64,000 nt of DNA from Methanobrevibacter sp. (GTDB lineage: Archaea > Methanobacteriota > Methanobacteria > Methanobacteriales > Methanobacteriaceae). Of the stretch, positions 18,911-28,572 are shown one piece after another. How positions within the stretch are numbered: position 1 is the stretch's first letter; the number at the start of each line of letters is the position of its first letter. The DNA lies in contig NZ_JAFSNZ010000043.1 of assembly GCF_017447225.1 (NCBI RefSeq), positions 1,533-65,532 of the forward strand. The letters are read 5' to 3'. A model generated the notes under the pieces. It made no database searches. It had not been told where the DNA came from and saw only the letters and a list, made by a program, of their open reading frames with translations. Made by a program: the position numbers and the translations under genes.

Positions 18911-20983
18911 ATGGAAAATTTACCTGAAGATATTAAAAAAATAATTAACAGTGCTTACCCATACATAGAAGAGTTCAACCCGGCACAGAAAGCCGTCATT
19001 GAATCCGGATATCTTGATGACAAATCAAATTATATAATTTGTATTCCAACAGCAAGCGGTAAAACAGTTTTAGGAGTATTGCCTGCTTTAAAAACCATTT
19101 TAAACGGAGGAAAAGCAGTTTATGCCGCACCGTTACTATCCATTCAGAATGAGAAAGTGCAGGAATTCAAAGCTTTTGAAGAGCATGGAATCAGCGTTGG
19201 AAAACACCCGTCAAGCTCCGATTTGTCAGTGATGGTCTTTGAGTCATTTGATGCCCTAACACGTTTTTCATGGGACACTCTTCGTGACGTGGACACACTG
19301 ATTATTGACGAGTTTCACATGATTGGTGAGTACAGCAGAGGACCAACACTTGAAGCGGCAATCACAAGAGCCAAAATAATCAATCCCTCAATGAGAATAA
19401 TAGCCCTTTCCGCTACGCTGAGAAACATTGAAGAGATTGAAGGATGGCTTGAAGGAAAATGTGTGGAACACGATTACAGGCCGGTGCCACTGAACAAAGA
19501 GGTTCTGGACGCTGAAATGTTCAATACCAAAAACAAAAATGATGTTATCGTTAAAATTGTTGAAAAAGCAATGCAGGACAATTCACAGGCACTGTCATTT
19601 GTTTCAACCAGACGATTTACTGAAAGTCTGGCCACATATGTCGCTAAAAAGATTAACAAGAAGCTTTCAAAAGAACAGAAAAAGAGATTTAAGGAAGTTG
19701 CAAACCAGTTGCTTGAAGTTCCCAAAAAGAAAGGGTCACTTCCGACAACAACCTGTGTGAAACTGGCCGAAGCTGCGGAAAAGGGTGTTGCATTTCACCA
19801 TGCAGGCCTTTTCAATGAGCAAAAGGAGATTATTGAAGATGAATTCAGAAAAGGAAACATACTGATGATTAGTGCAACTCCAAGTTTAATGTATGGAGTT
19901 AATCTACCTTCAAAATCCGTGGCAATAAGAGACACAACCCGCTGGACAAGCAACGGACCTCAGCCAATACCTGTTTTTGATTATGAGCAGATGTCCGGTC
20001 GTGCAGGAAGGCCTCAATATGACGATGTGGGCTATTCCTATCTTGTCGCCAAGACTTCGGATGAAGCCATTAACCTGCAGGACTATTACATTAATGGAGA
20101 AATCGAACTTACCAATTCCAAACTGATTGACAACAAGGACGCTATTCTAAAACAGATTATAGCTCAGATTGCATCAACACTATCCAGAGATTTGGATGAG
20201 CTGGTTGATTTCTTTGGAAAAACATTATACGGTTATCAGATGAGCAACAACCCGTCAATGTCACTGTTTGCAGCGGACAGCCTGAAATGGGAAATTGAAC
20301 AGGATTTGCAATTCCTAATCCAAAACGGAATAATAAGGGCGACTCCGGAAGGACTTAAAACAACTGACTTCGGTAATCTTATAGCAAAATCAAATTATGC
20401 CGTAGAGACCGCAGTTAAAATCAAGGAATATATTTCAACATCAGACACTTTCAATATTCCGGAATTTATCTATGCATTAGCTCAGACTCCAGACCTGCCT
20501 TTAATATCATTTAAAGGAAGAAAAAGCAAGGATCCTGTGCGTGACAAAATGTCTGAAGTTGGCCTTTTTGCAGTTGACATCGGAAATGCCGAAGCCACAA
20601 CAGTGTCACTGATTGAATGGATTGACGAGAGAAACGAGTTTGAAATTGAAAACAAGTACAGCGTTTATTCCGCATCAACCAGAAGATCCGCTTATGAGGC
20701 TTCAAGACTTATACGTTTCGCCAAAAATACATCCGAGATATTGGGAGACTATTCCAACCTGAAAGATTACGATTACCTATCAGCAAGATTGTATTATGGC
20801 GTTAAAGAAGACATTATTCCTCTTGTTGTCGGCGTTAAGCGTCTTGGAAGAAAACGTGCGAGAAACATTGTGGAAATCTTTGGCCATAATTTAAAATCAG
20901 TCAGCGAAAAAGAGCTGCAAAAAATCGATGGTATCGGTGAAACATTATCCAAAAAAATAAAACAGTTTACAGAGAATTATTGA
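18911..20983 (+). CDS. Ski2-family ATP-dependent helicase, Hel308-like
   Basis: Walker A PTASGKT, DEFH box, SAT and QMSGRAGRP. C-terminal helix-hairpin-helix (IDGIGETLSKKI), as in Hel308 domain 5. Start set at the ATG at 18911 (track TTG at 18902). Confidence 0.6.
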   Translation: MENLPEDIKKIINSAYPYIEEFNPAQKAVIESGYLDDKSNYIICIPTASGKTVLGVLPALKTILNGGKAVYAAPLLSIQNEKVQEFKAFEEHGISVGKHPSSSDLSVMVFESFDALTRFSWDTLRDVDTLIIDEFHMIGEYSRGPTLEAAITRAKIINPSMRIIALSATLRNIEEIEGWLEGKCVEHDYRPVPLNKEVLDAEMFNTKNKNDVIVKIVEKAMQDNSQALSFVSTRRFTESLATYVAKKINKKLSKEQKKRFKEVANQLLEVPKKKGSLPTTTCVKLAEAAEKGVAFHHAGLFNEQKEIIEDEFRKGNILMISATPSLMYGVNLPSKSVAIRDTTRWTSNGPQPIPVFDYEQMSGRAGRPQYDDVGYSYLVAKTSDEAINLQDYYINGEIELTNSKLIDNKDAILKQIIAQIASTLSRDLDELVDFFGKTLYGYQMSNNPSMSLFAADSLKWEIEQDLQFLIQNGIIRATPEGLKTTDFGNLIAKSNYAVETAVKIKEYISTSDTFNIPEFIYALAQTPDLPLISFKGRKSKDPVRDKMSEVGLFAVDIGNAEATTVSLIEWIDERNEFEIENKYSVYSASTRRSAYEASRLIRFAKNTSEILGDYSNLKDYDYLSARLYYGVKEDIIPLVVGVKRLGRKRARNIVEIFGHNLKSVSEKELQKIDGIGETLSKKIKQFTENY

Positions 20984-20992
20984 AGAGGAGGA

Positions 20993-21289
20993 TTATCCTC
21001 CACCTTCTGCAACATTGGAATCCATTTGCATGTTTTCCATATTTGCTGCTTTTTCTTTTAAATCCTCAATATCAAGTTCACGACCAGTTGGAGTGAATTT
21101 GACTTTGATATCTTTTTCATCTAAAACTTCAACTAATTTGGATTTGTACCATAAATTAGTCTTGTCAATTAAAACCCAACCGACTTCATCTTCAGTCTTG
21201 ATGTCAAGAACTTTTCCGATAGTTCCTGTATCAACGTAACGGACATAATCATCGGTTGAAATTTCCTTATCACGAGCATCGAATGCCAT
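20993..21289 (-). CDS. small conserved hypothetical protein
   Basis: 98 aa acidic soluble protein. No motif that I can name with confidence. Confidence 0.4.
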   Translation of the reverse strand: MAFDARDKEISTDDYVRYVDTGTIGKVLDIKTEDEVGWVLIDKTNLWYKSKLVEVLDEKDIKVKFTPTGRELDIEDLKEKAANMENMQMDSNVAEGGG

Positions 21290-21305
21290 GATATTACTCC
21301 TGAAT

Positions 21306-21584
21306 CTATTCTTCTTCTACTTCGATGGTAACTTGTTCAGCTTCTTCAGCTTCTTCTTCTACTTCTTCTTCAATTTCAGTGTTTAAGAGAATGTAGTCAC
21401 CAATGGTTTCAATGCTGTCGAAGTCAACTTCGATGGAATCGTTGGATAAGATACCTTTTTGTAATGAGATAATGAGAGTGGTAACTTTACCGGTTTCAAC
21501 ATCGATTTCTACATCGTCAACTTTACCTACAGCTTTTACTTTTTTATCTAATACGGTAATACCGAATAATTGTTTTGCACGCAT
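21306..21584 (-). CDS. PRC-barrel domain protein with acidic C-terminal tail
   Basis: 92 aa. MRAKQLFGITVLDKKVKAVGKVDDVEIDVETGKV resembles 6126..6353. The tail is EEEVEEEAEEAEQVTIEVEEE. Confidence 0.5.
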   Translation of the reverse strand: MRAKQLFGITVLDKKVKAVGKVDDVEIDVETGKVTTLIISLQKGILSNDSIEVDFDSIETIGDYILLNTEIEEEVEEEAEEAEQVTIEVEEE

Positions 21585-21678
21585 TTTATCGCCTCAAAAA
21601 ATTTAATTATAATAAATATTAATAACATCACGCATATATAAAATTAACTATTATATAATAAATATAGGTGAACAATAA

Positions 21679-23334
21679 ATGAAAAATGCATGTCGAATTA
21701 TTATCAATGATATTATTGAAGGTAGAATATCCACTCGACGTGATTTGGAAGTTAAAAAAAGGCAGCTTTGCCGTGAACTGAAATTATCAAGATTTATGAG
21801 CAACGCAGACATTCTTGAATATGCAACAGAAGAGGAAAAGGAGCTTGTTTCAGATACCCTGAAGAAAAAGCCGACAAGAACCAAATCCGGCGTTGCCATA
21901 GTTGCAGTGATGTGCCATCCCCACAAATGTCCTCATGGACGATGTCTGTACTGTCCTGAAAGCGACATAGCCCCTCCAAGCTATACTGGTGAAGAGCCAG
22001 CGGCATTGAGGGGAAGAATGTTTGAGTATCATCCTTATGTTCAATGTTTCAATAGACTGTCCCAGCTTAAAAAGATAGGTCATCCTATAGACAAGGTTGA
22101 ACTGATTATCATGGGCGGAACATTTCCTTCAAGAGACTTATGTTATCAGGAATGGTTTGTATCACAGTGCCTTAAGGCAATGACCGATTTCGGACTGATT
22201 CTTGAAAACAATGCCGAATTTGAAATAGACAAACCTTTAATCAGAGAATTTGAAAAAGACATTCTTAAGACATATCCTCCAAGCGATTATGTTCTCATTG
22301 ACGATGTTCAGCTTGCAAATGAAAATTCAAAAGTCAGATGCGTTGGAATGACTTTTGAGACACGTCCGGATTATTGTAAAAAAGATCATATCAACAGAAT
22401 GCTTGATTTCGGAGTTACAAGAGTTGAACTGGGAGTTCAGACACTATCCGATGAATTATACACAAAAGTCAAAAGAGGACATACGATAGCGGACGTCATT
22501 GAATCAAATCAGCTGTTAAGAGATTCAGCAATCAAAGTGGCCATGCATATGATGCCCGGATTATTCGTGGGCCAGAAAGAGGATTTGAAAATGTTCAAAC
22601 AGCTGTTCAGCGACGACAACTTCAAACCTGACATGCTCAAGATTTATCCGTGTCTTGTTACTGAAGGAAGCGAACTGTACGATATGTGGAAAGAGGGAAT
22701 TTACAGTCCGTATACTGATGAGGAAGCCGTTGAGCTCATTGTTGAAATCAAAAAAATTCTTCCGAAATGGGTCAGGACAATGCGTATCCAAAGGGATATT
22801 CCTTCCACGCTGATTGAAGCGGGCGTTCAAAAGTCCAACCTCGGAGAGCTGGTCTACAATAAACTGGAAGAGCACAACATCAATTGCCAGTGCATACGCT
22901 GCCGTGAAATCGGACATAAAAAAACTTCAAGGAATTACACGCTGGAAGATTTCAAATTATTCAAGGAATCATACAATGCATGTGGTGGTGAAGAAACTTT
23001 CATTTCGATTGAGGATATAAATGAAGAAAGTATTGCAGGATTTTTAAGATTCAGAATACCTTCTGAAAATACATTCAGACCAGAAATTACCGATAAGACA
23101 GCTCTTATTCGTGAACTTCACGTTTACGGAAATATGATTCAGATAGGAGACAAGAATCCGTCAATAGGACAGCACACAGGCTTTGGTGAAAGACTGCTTA
23201 GAGAAGCTGAAAACTTGGCTATTGACAATGACAAAGATGAAATTGCCATTATCAGCGGTATCGGTTCAAGAAATTACTATCGTAAATTCGGATATGAAAG
23301 AAAAGGACCATATATGGCAAAAAAATTAATATAA
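21679..23334 (+). CDS. elp3: Elp3-type tRNA uridine(34) modification radical SAM/GNAT enzyme
   Basis: 551 aa. Radical SAM cluster [10 protein letters not shown], central ELGVQT block and a C-terminal GNAT domain ([13 protein letters not shown]). Confidence 0.85.
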   Translation: MKNACRIIINDIIEGRISTRRDLEVKKRQLCRELKLSRFMSNADILEYATEEEKELVSDTLKKKPTRTKSGVAIVAVMCHPHKCPHGRCLYCPESDIAPPSYTGEEPAALRGRMFEYHPYVQCFNRLSQLKKIGHPIDKVELIIMGGTFPSRDLCYQEWFVSQCLKAMTDFGLILENNAEFEIDKPLIREFEKDILKTYPPSDYVLIDDVQLANENSKVRCVGMTFETRPDYCKKDHINRMLDFGVTRVELGVQTLSDELYTKVKRGHTIADVIESNQLLRDSAIKVAMHMMPGLFVGQKEDLKMFKQLFSDDNFKPDMLKIYPCLVTEGSELYDMWKEGIYSPYTDEEAVELIVEIKKILPKWVRTMRIQRDIPSTLIEAGVQKSNLGELVYNKLEEHNINCQCIRCREIGHKKTSRNYTLEDFKLFKESYNACGGEETFISIEDINEESIAGFLRFRIPSENTFRPEITDKTALIRELHVYGNMIQIGDKNPSIGQHTGFGERLLREAENLAIDNDKDEIAIISGIGSRNYYRKFGYERKGPYMAKKLI

Positions 23335-23405
23335 AAATTCAAGACAAAAGTTATATATAGTTTCATTCGTATATTAACTAACAAATAAATAAATAGAGTG
23401 GTAAT

Positions 23406-24131
23406 ATGTACAGAGTAAAAAATTCAAAACACCTGGCAAGTGTTATTAATTATACAAATTTAAATAACATGATTAGTGAAGCTGAAATGAAGGAATTTCT
23501 GATGCAGGCTCGGGAAATGAACTTCAATGCAGTCACAATTAATCCCACATACGTTCCATTGGCCAGTGAAATATTGGCTGATTGCGATACGAAAGTGGGT
23601 AGTGTTGTTGGATTTCCATTAGGATGTGAAAATACAGAATCCAAAATTGCTGAAGCTACTTCATTGATTGAAAATGGAGCAGACGAAATCAACGCTGTAA
23701 TCAACTTAAATCATGTTGCAAGCGAAAAATATGATTTGATAGAAGAGGAAACCAGATCATTGAAAGAAGCAATCGGAGATATAACATTAAAGATGATTAT
23801 TGAAAGCAAAATCCTCGAGGATGAACAGAAGGCAAATATTGTCATAAGGCTTGAAAATGCAGGCGTTGACTATATCAAGACATCAACAGGATTTGTAACA
23901 CCAAACCACATTTATGAAATAGTAAATGACATCAATATTTTCCTGAAATATGCTCCTAAAACAAAAATAGAAGTCTATGATGGTATTGACATTTGGAAAT
24001 TAACCCATCAGGTATTAACTGCAGGTGCAGACATTGTCGCATCAAATAATGCTTATGAAATCGTTTCCAAATACAAAGAACTAAGAGAAAACACACAAAT
24101 CAAACCAAAACCAATAACTCTAGGCAGATAA
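23406..24131 (+). CDS. deoC: deoxyribose-phosphate aldolase
   Basis: 241 aa. VGFPLG and the Schiff-base lysine context DYIKTSTGF. The true start may be a downstream Met. Confidence 0.75.
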   Translation: MYRVKNSKHLASVINYTNLNNMISEAEMKEFLMQAREMNFNAVTINPTYVPLASEILADCDTKVGSVVGFPLGCENTESKIAEATSLIENGADEINAVINLNHVASEKYDLIEEETRSLKEAIGDITLKMIIESKILEDEQKANIVIRLENAGVDYIKTSTGFVTPNHIYEIVNDINIFLKYAPKTKIEVYDGIDIWKLTHQVLTAGADIVASNNAYEIVSKYKELRENTQIKPKPITLGR

Positions 24132-24213
24132 GTTGGAAAAAAACCGTCACCATATATTTTTTAAAAAATAATCTGATTTTAAAATAAGTTATGAAAAATA
24201 AGAAAATTAGTAA

Positions 24214-24286
24214 TGCCATGGGCCGGACTTGAACCAGCGACATCTAGATCTTCAGTCTAGCGTTCTCCCATCTGAACTACCATGGC
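24214..24286 (-). tRNA. tRNA-Phe (GAA)
   Basis: The reverse complement folds by hand: GCCATGG TA GTTC AGATGGGA GAAC G CTAGA CTGAAGA TCTAG ATGTC GCTGG TTCAAGT CCGGC CCATGGC A. All four stems are intact, the anticodon is GAA, and no CCA is encoded. Confidence 0.92.
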
Positions 24287-24289
24287 ACA

Positions 24290-24361
24290 TGGACCGAACG
24301 AGATTCGAACTCGTGATCTCCTCCACGTCAAAGAGGAATCATACCCCTAGACCACCGGTCC
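24290..24361 (-). tRNA. tRNA-Val (GAC)
   Basis: The reverse complement is GGACCGGTGGTCTAGGGGTATGATTCCTCTTTGACGTGGAGGAGATCACGAGTTCGAATCTCGTTCGGTCCA. Acceptor GGACCGG/TCGGTCC, anticodon stem CCTCT/GGAGG, loop TTGACGT, T-arm ACGAG-TTCGAAT-CTCGT. Confidence 0.88.
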
Positions 24362-24483
24362 TGCACAACATAATATAATTTATTGAAAGTAATATATAAA
24401 ACTTTGCAATAAGCAGAACCTAAAAAAATAAAAATAATTGACCAAGAAAATGGCCAATAGATTTTATATAACGAGTAAAAAGC

Positions 24484-24684
24484 CTATTTGATAGCTAATT
24501 TGATATCTTCAGCTTTTACAGTTTTTCTACCAGCGTGGCGTGCGAAATTAACTGCTTTTTTAGCGATTTCGTCACCTTTTTCTTCTAATGCTTCAGCTAA
24601 TGCAATTTTAGCTTCATCACTAATTCTTTGAGCTCCAGCATTTTTTAAGATACGACCTACTGGTGCGATTGGTAATTCACTCAT
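24484..24684 (-). CDS. archaeal histone (HMf family)
   Basis: 66 aa from [73 protein letters not shown] Shine-Dalgarno sequence 5 nt upstream of this ATG. The track N-terminal extension is not credible. Confidence 0.92.
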   Translation of the reverse strand: MSELPIAPVGRILKNAGAQRISDEAKIALAEALEEKGDEIAKKAVNFARHAGRKTVKAEDIKLAIK

Positions 24685-24719
24685 TATTTCACCTCCAATT
24701 AAAAGATAGTACAACATAA

Positions 24720-24727
24720 TATATAAA
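24720..24727 (-). promoter_or_regulatory. candidate TATA box of the histone gene
   Basis: The minus strand reads ACATTTATATATTAT. TTTATATA lies 36-43 nt upstream of the ATG, compatible with a short Shine-Dalgarno-containing leader. Position-based inference only. Confidence 0.35.
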
Positions 24728-24889
24728 TGTTTTGATAAAAAGCCCTAATTTTCACTTATATATTAACCATAAAGCTATTAACAAATAGTTTTAAATTTAC
24801 AAAAATATTACTATAAAAAATTAATCTTTAAAGACAAAAATTATATAAAAATATAGAAAAAAAGAATTTAGAAAAAACTAAAAAACAAA

Positions 24890-26164
24890 CTATTCTACAA
24901 TCCCCTTTAGATAAGTTGCCGTAGCATCAGTTATTTTTACACGAATAAACTCACCCAAATTAACATCATCAACAATAACTGGAATATATGAATCTGTTTT
25001 GGCTATAAATCCTCCTTTAGAACCTACTTCAACAACCAGCGCATTCTGATAGGAATTCAATAGTTCTTGGTTTTCAGACTGAGTTATTTCGCTCTTAATT
25101 TCGGATAAAAATTTTGAACGTTCTTTCATGACTTGGCGGGGAATTTCTTCAAGTGATGATGAGATAGCACCTTTCCTGTGCTGATATTTTGATAAATGAA
25201 TAAGACTCGGTCCCACATTTTCAAGCAGTTCAACAGTTTTTGAAAAATCATCATCGGTTTCAGTCGGATAACCTACAATGATATCTGTTGCCAAAGTCAA
25301 ACCAGGAATTTCACTTTTGAATTTATTTACTATTTCAAGATACTGATCTACGTTATGTCCACGTCTCATCTCTTTGAGTACCTTATCACTACCACTTTGT
25401 ATCGGCAAATGAATGAAATCATATACCTTAGGTAATTTAATCGCATCGATTATATCATCAACATCACTTAAAATGTTTTTAGGATGCATCATTCCAACAC
25501 GGACACGAAAATCTCCTTCCAGATTGGCCACTTCTTTAATTAAATCAGACAGTTTTTCACCAGTGTCCCGGCCGAAAGCTGCAGTGTCCTGTGCTGTGAG
25601 CTGAATTTCACATGCACCATTTTCAATAGCCTGCCTTGCTTCCTCAACGATATCAGCAATAGGATAGCTGTTTAAAGGACCACGGGCAAAACGAGTACAG
25701 CAAAATGTGCAGGCTCCCAAACAGCCTTCACAAATTTGAATGATATGGATTAGACTATCGTCAGTTACTTTTGCAACACCGACCTTGCTTTCTTTAGACA
25801 AACCGTATTCACGTACAATTTCACCACAGTAAGTCTGTTCTACAACATCAGCTGTTTTATTTAACTGATGAGGTCCGATCCAGCTGCAATTAGGCCCAAT
25901 CTTATCTAGCTTTTCAGGATCTATTTCCACCATACATCCTCCGACAATAATTTTCTTCTCAGGGAATTTTTCCTGAAGCTGCTGGATTTTATATACGACC
26001 TTGTTTTCAGTCGGCAATTTAACATAACATGTGTTTACGATAATAACATCCGCCTCATCGATATTATCAACCAAATCAATGTTATTTTCATTTAAAACAC
26101 CAGCCATTATCTGGCCATCTGCCTTGTTAAATGTGCATCCATATGATTCAATATATACTTTCAT
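24890..26164 (-). CDS. MiaB/MtaB-family radical SAM methylthiotransferase (archaeal t6A37 methylthiotransferase type)
   Basis: 424 aa. N-terminal MKVYIESYGCTFNKADGQ, radical SAM cluster region CEGCLGACTFCCTRFARG and a C-terminal TRAM-like domain. Confidence 0.8.
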   Translation of the reverse strand: MKVYIESYGCTFNKADGQIMAGVLNENNIDLVDNIDEADVIIVNTCYVKLPTENKVVYKIQQLQEKFPEKKIIVGGCMVEIDPEKLDKIGPNCSWIGPHQLNKTADVVEQTYCGEIVREYGLSKESKVGVAKVTDDSLIHIIQICEGCLGACTFCCTRFARGPLNSYPIADIVEEARQAIENGACEIQLTAQDTAAFGRDTGEKLSDLIKEVANLEGDFRVRVGMMHPKNILSDVDDIIDAIKLPKVYDFIHLPIQSGSDKVLKEMRRGHNVDQYLEIVNKFKSEIPGLTLATDIIVGYPTETDDDFSKTVELLENVGPSLIHLSKYQHRKGAISSSLEEIPRQVMKERSKFLSEIKSEITQSENQELLNSYQNALVVEVGSKGGFIAKTDSYIPVIVDDVNLGEFIRVKITDATATYLKGIVE

Positions 26165-26182
26165 AAAATAAGTCTCACAAGT

Positions 26183-26800
26183 TTATGTTTTTTTGAAAAT
26201 GTTTTTAGTTAAATCATAATCATAATTATTGAATTTAACAGGTTTTGAATAGACTCTTTTTATTACTCCAGCTTTAGCAAATCCTGAAGTGAGCTTTCTT
26301 TCGTTGGTTTTGATTACATGAACTTTAACAATATGATTTTCAATCTTTACTACATCGCCCGGAGCGATTTCAAAGTCCCTTTCCAAATCCAGCTTGTATG
26401 AATCAACTTTTCCATGCAAGTCAACTGAAAATCCGATACGGGCTGGAATTTCAACTGATGTTGCCCAGATTGTTTCAACATTTTCAAGCAGTGCCTTGTT
26501 TACTCTTGTATCATTCACTTCAATGCTTGTGACTTCAACCTGACCTAAATCGGACAGTAAAACATCACCTACTTTAAGTTCATCGCTTGGTGACAATTCA
26601 ATTGAAGTTTTATGTGATTTGTTCTGTTCTGATATGATAAGTCTATAATCTTTAGGTTTTTGAGCGGAAACAACATCCTTAAAAACGTGACCACAGTCAA
26701 AACATTTTAAAAGATATTCTTCCATGAATTTCTTTTTTGATTCCTTCTGTTTTGAATTTAATATTTCAATTTCATCAGAACCGCAAATTGGACATTCCAT
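26183..26800 (-). CDS. conserved archaeal zinc-ribbon protein
   Basis: 205 aa from MECPICGSDEIE...CFDCGH (C4 ribbon). GGAGG 7 nt upstream of the ATG at 26800. The longer track ORF (to 26857) would start inside the IS inverted repeat. Confidence 0.55.
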   Translation of the reverse strand: MECPICGSDEIEILNSKQKESKKKFMEEYLLKCFDCGHVFKDVVSAQKPKDYRLIISEQNKSHKTSIELSPSDELKVGDVLLSDLGQVEVTSIEVNDTRVNKALLENVETIWATSVEIPARIGFSVDLHGKVDSYKLDLERDFEIAPGDVVKIENHIVKVHVIKTNERKLTSGFAKAGVIKRVYSKPVKFNNYDYDLTKNIFKKT

Positions 26801-26821
26801 ATTATGCCTCCTTAAAAAAAA

Positions 26822-28081
26822 TTTAGGGGTCTGAATTTTTGACCCTATTGAACTCAATGATTTGAGCTTATTTTTTTAATTTTTCATATAAATTTTGATT
26901 GCCTTTTGATAGTACAAAAGGATGTTTATTTTTATTAAAAATTAGAGTCAATATCATCGTAATATATAAATATTAGTTCATACATACATTATATTGGTGA
27001 AACAATGATGCATGGACTTAATTTTGATGAAACTGACTCTAATTATATATTATTGAATGAAATATTTAATATTATTGGTTCTCGTGAATCTAAACAAATA
27101 ATGGCTAGAAATGGTCTTAAACCATTAAATAAAGTTATTTCTTTGTTTAAAACTGTTATTGTTGCTGCTTATTTTGAATGTAGTATTTCTTTTGTTGTTG
27201 ATGAGTTGAAATGTAAATCTGAACTCAGAGAAGGTTTGAATTTTGATATTGTTTTGGAAGCACAGGAAATTTATGATAGATTATCTAGATTAAATCCAGA
27301 ACAATTGGAAAATACTGTTAATAGTATTTTGAATAATCTTAGAAATGATTATCGTCGTGGTAGAAGAATTTTTATTATTGATGCTACTCCTGGAGACTTA
27401 AATATTAATTTTAGTGGTAAAAAAATTTCTAAAGAATCATTGGAAGAAAAAGATTATGCATGGGCTTGGGGAACATCAATTGGGTTTTATATAGGCTACA
27501 AAATCACATTAGTCCTGGATTACAGGACTAAAATGCCAGTTTACTTTATGATAGATAGAGGTTCACCAAATGACACTACCATGGTTAGTAAAATACTTCC
27601 AGTATTGCAAAGAAAAAGAATTATACGTAGAGGAGACTATATTTTGATGGATAGAGGTTATTACGCCTATGAAAACTATAAAATTGCATTGCAGAAATAT
27701 CACATAATTCCATTAATTTTAACAAGATCCAAATTCAACAAAGAAAAGCTTAAAAGCATGTTAAACTATCCACTACATTTATTCCATGCAAAATCCAACT
27801 TAAAAAAAGTTAAAAAAGCATATTATAAATTAATAACTGAATTTTTAGAAAAAATAGATGAAAGAAAGAAAATTAAATATCATCGAGGATTCATTGAAGA
27901 TTTCTTCAAATTACTCAAAGAAGGATTGGGATTTAAACAATTAAACAGATATACATTAGATTCAATGTCAAAATACACCTCAATAGTTGTACTATTAGCA
28001 GGCATAATCACATATTTGAGAATTAATTCAAAAACCGATTTTCAGAAGTTCTCAGAAGGGAAATTTTTCTAGACCCCTAAA
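26822..28081 (+). mobile_element. complete insertion sequence (~1.26 kb, single DDE transposase, 11-bp perfect terminal inverted repeats)
   Basis: TTTAGGGGTCT at 26822-26832 and its exact reverse complement AGACCCCTAAA at 28071-28081 bracket one transposase ORF. The TAG stop (28070-28072) lies inside the right repeat. A-rich flanks prevent calling a target-site duplication. Confidence 0.8.
27005..28072 (+). CDS. DDE transposase (IS4/IS5-like)
   Basis: 355 aa. Candidate catalytic residues in IFIIDATPGD and ILMDRGYYAYENY, and the R-x3-E-x6-K signature in YHRGFIEDFFKLLKEG. Confidence 0.8.
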   Translation: MMHGLNFDETDSNYILLNEIFNIIGSRESKQIMARNGLKPLNKVISLFKTVIVAAYFECSISFVVDELKCKSELREGLNFDIVLEAQEIYDRLSRLNPEQLENTVNSILNNLRNDYRRGRRIFIIDATPGDLNINFSGKKISKESLEEKDYAWAWGTSIGFYIGYKITLVLDYRTKMPVYFMIDRGSPNDTTMVSKILPVLQRKRIIRRGDYILMDRGYYAYENYKIALQKYHIIPLILTRSKFNKEKLKSMLNYPLHLFHAKSNLKKVKKAYYKLITEFLEKIDERKKIKYHRGFIEDFFKLLKEGLGFKQLNRYTLDSMSKYTSIVVLLAGIITYLRINSKTDFQKFSEGKFF

Positions 28082-28084
28082 AAA

Positions 28085-28564
28085 TTATTCTTTGAGATAA
28101 TGATTTACCAAACCACCATCTTCCAAAATGTTTAACATGAATTCTTTGAATGGTTCGAAACTTGCCTCTTCTCCTGAAGTTTCATTGACTAAACGTCCTT
28201 CAGATAAGTCAATTTTAATAATATCTCCATCTTTAGCTTCAATATCACTTACAATAACAGGCAAACCTATGTTAATTGAATTCCTATAGAAAATTCTTGC
28301 AAATGACTTAGCTATGATTGCACTTACTCCCGCAGTTTTAATGGCGACAGGTGCCTGTTCACGGGAAGACCCGCATCCGAAATTGTCACCTGCAACTATA
28401 ACATCACCTTTTTGAACATTTTTGGTGAAATCCGGCCTTTCCCCTTCAAGAACATGGTCCGCCAAATCCTGAGGATTGAATGTTCTTAAGTATCTGCCGG
28501 GAATTATAACATCAGTATCTATATTTTCACCGAAAGTCCAAGTTTTTCCAGAAATAATATCCAT
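28085..28564 (-). CDS. hacB: aconitase-family small subunit, homoaconitase HacB type (LeuD paralog)
   Basis: 159 aa. LeuD-like [14 protein letters not shown]. The substrate loop reads GRYLRT, and from memory YLRT marks methanogen HacB whereas isopropylmalate isomerase LeuD has YLVM. Start set at the ATG at 28564. Confidence 0.6.
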   Translation of the reverse strand: MDIISGKTWTFGENIDTDVIIPGRYLRTFNPQDLADHVLEGERPDFTKNVQKGDVIVAGDNFGCGSSREQAPVAIKTAGVSAIIAKSFARIFYRNSINIGLPVIVSDIEAKDGDIIKIDLSEGRLVNETSGEEASFEPFKEFMLNILEDGGLVNHYLKE

Positions 28565-28572
28565 AATAATCA

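Noticed and set aside
26801-26857. N-terminal 19-codon extension of the zinc-ribbon ORF reaching into the IS left end (possible IS-gene fusion)
   Set aside because: A strong GGAGG sits 7 nt upstream of the internal ATG at 26800, and the C4 ribbon begins right there (MECPICG). The extension (MSSIGSKIQTPKFFLRRHN) would start inside the IS inverted repeat and has no start context.
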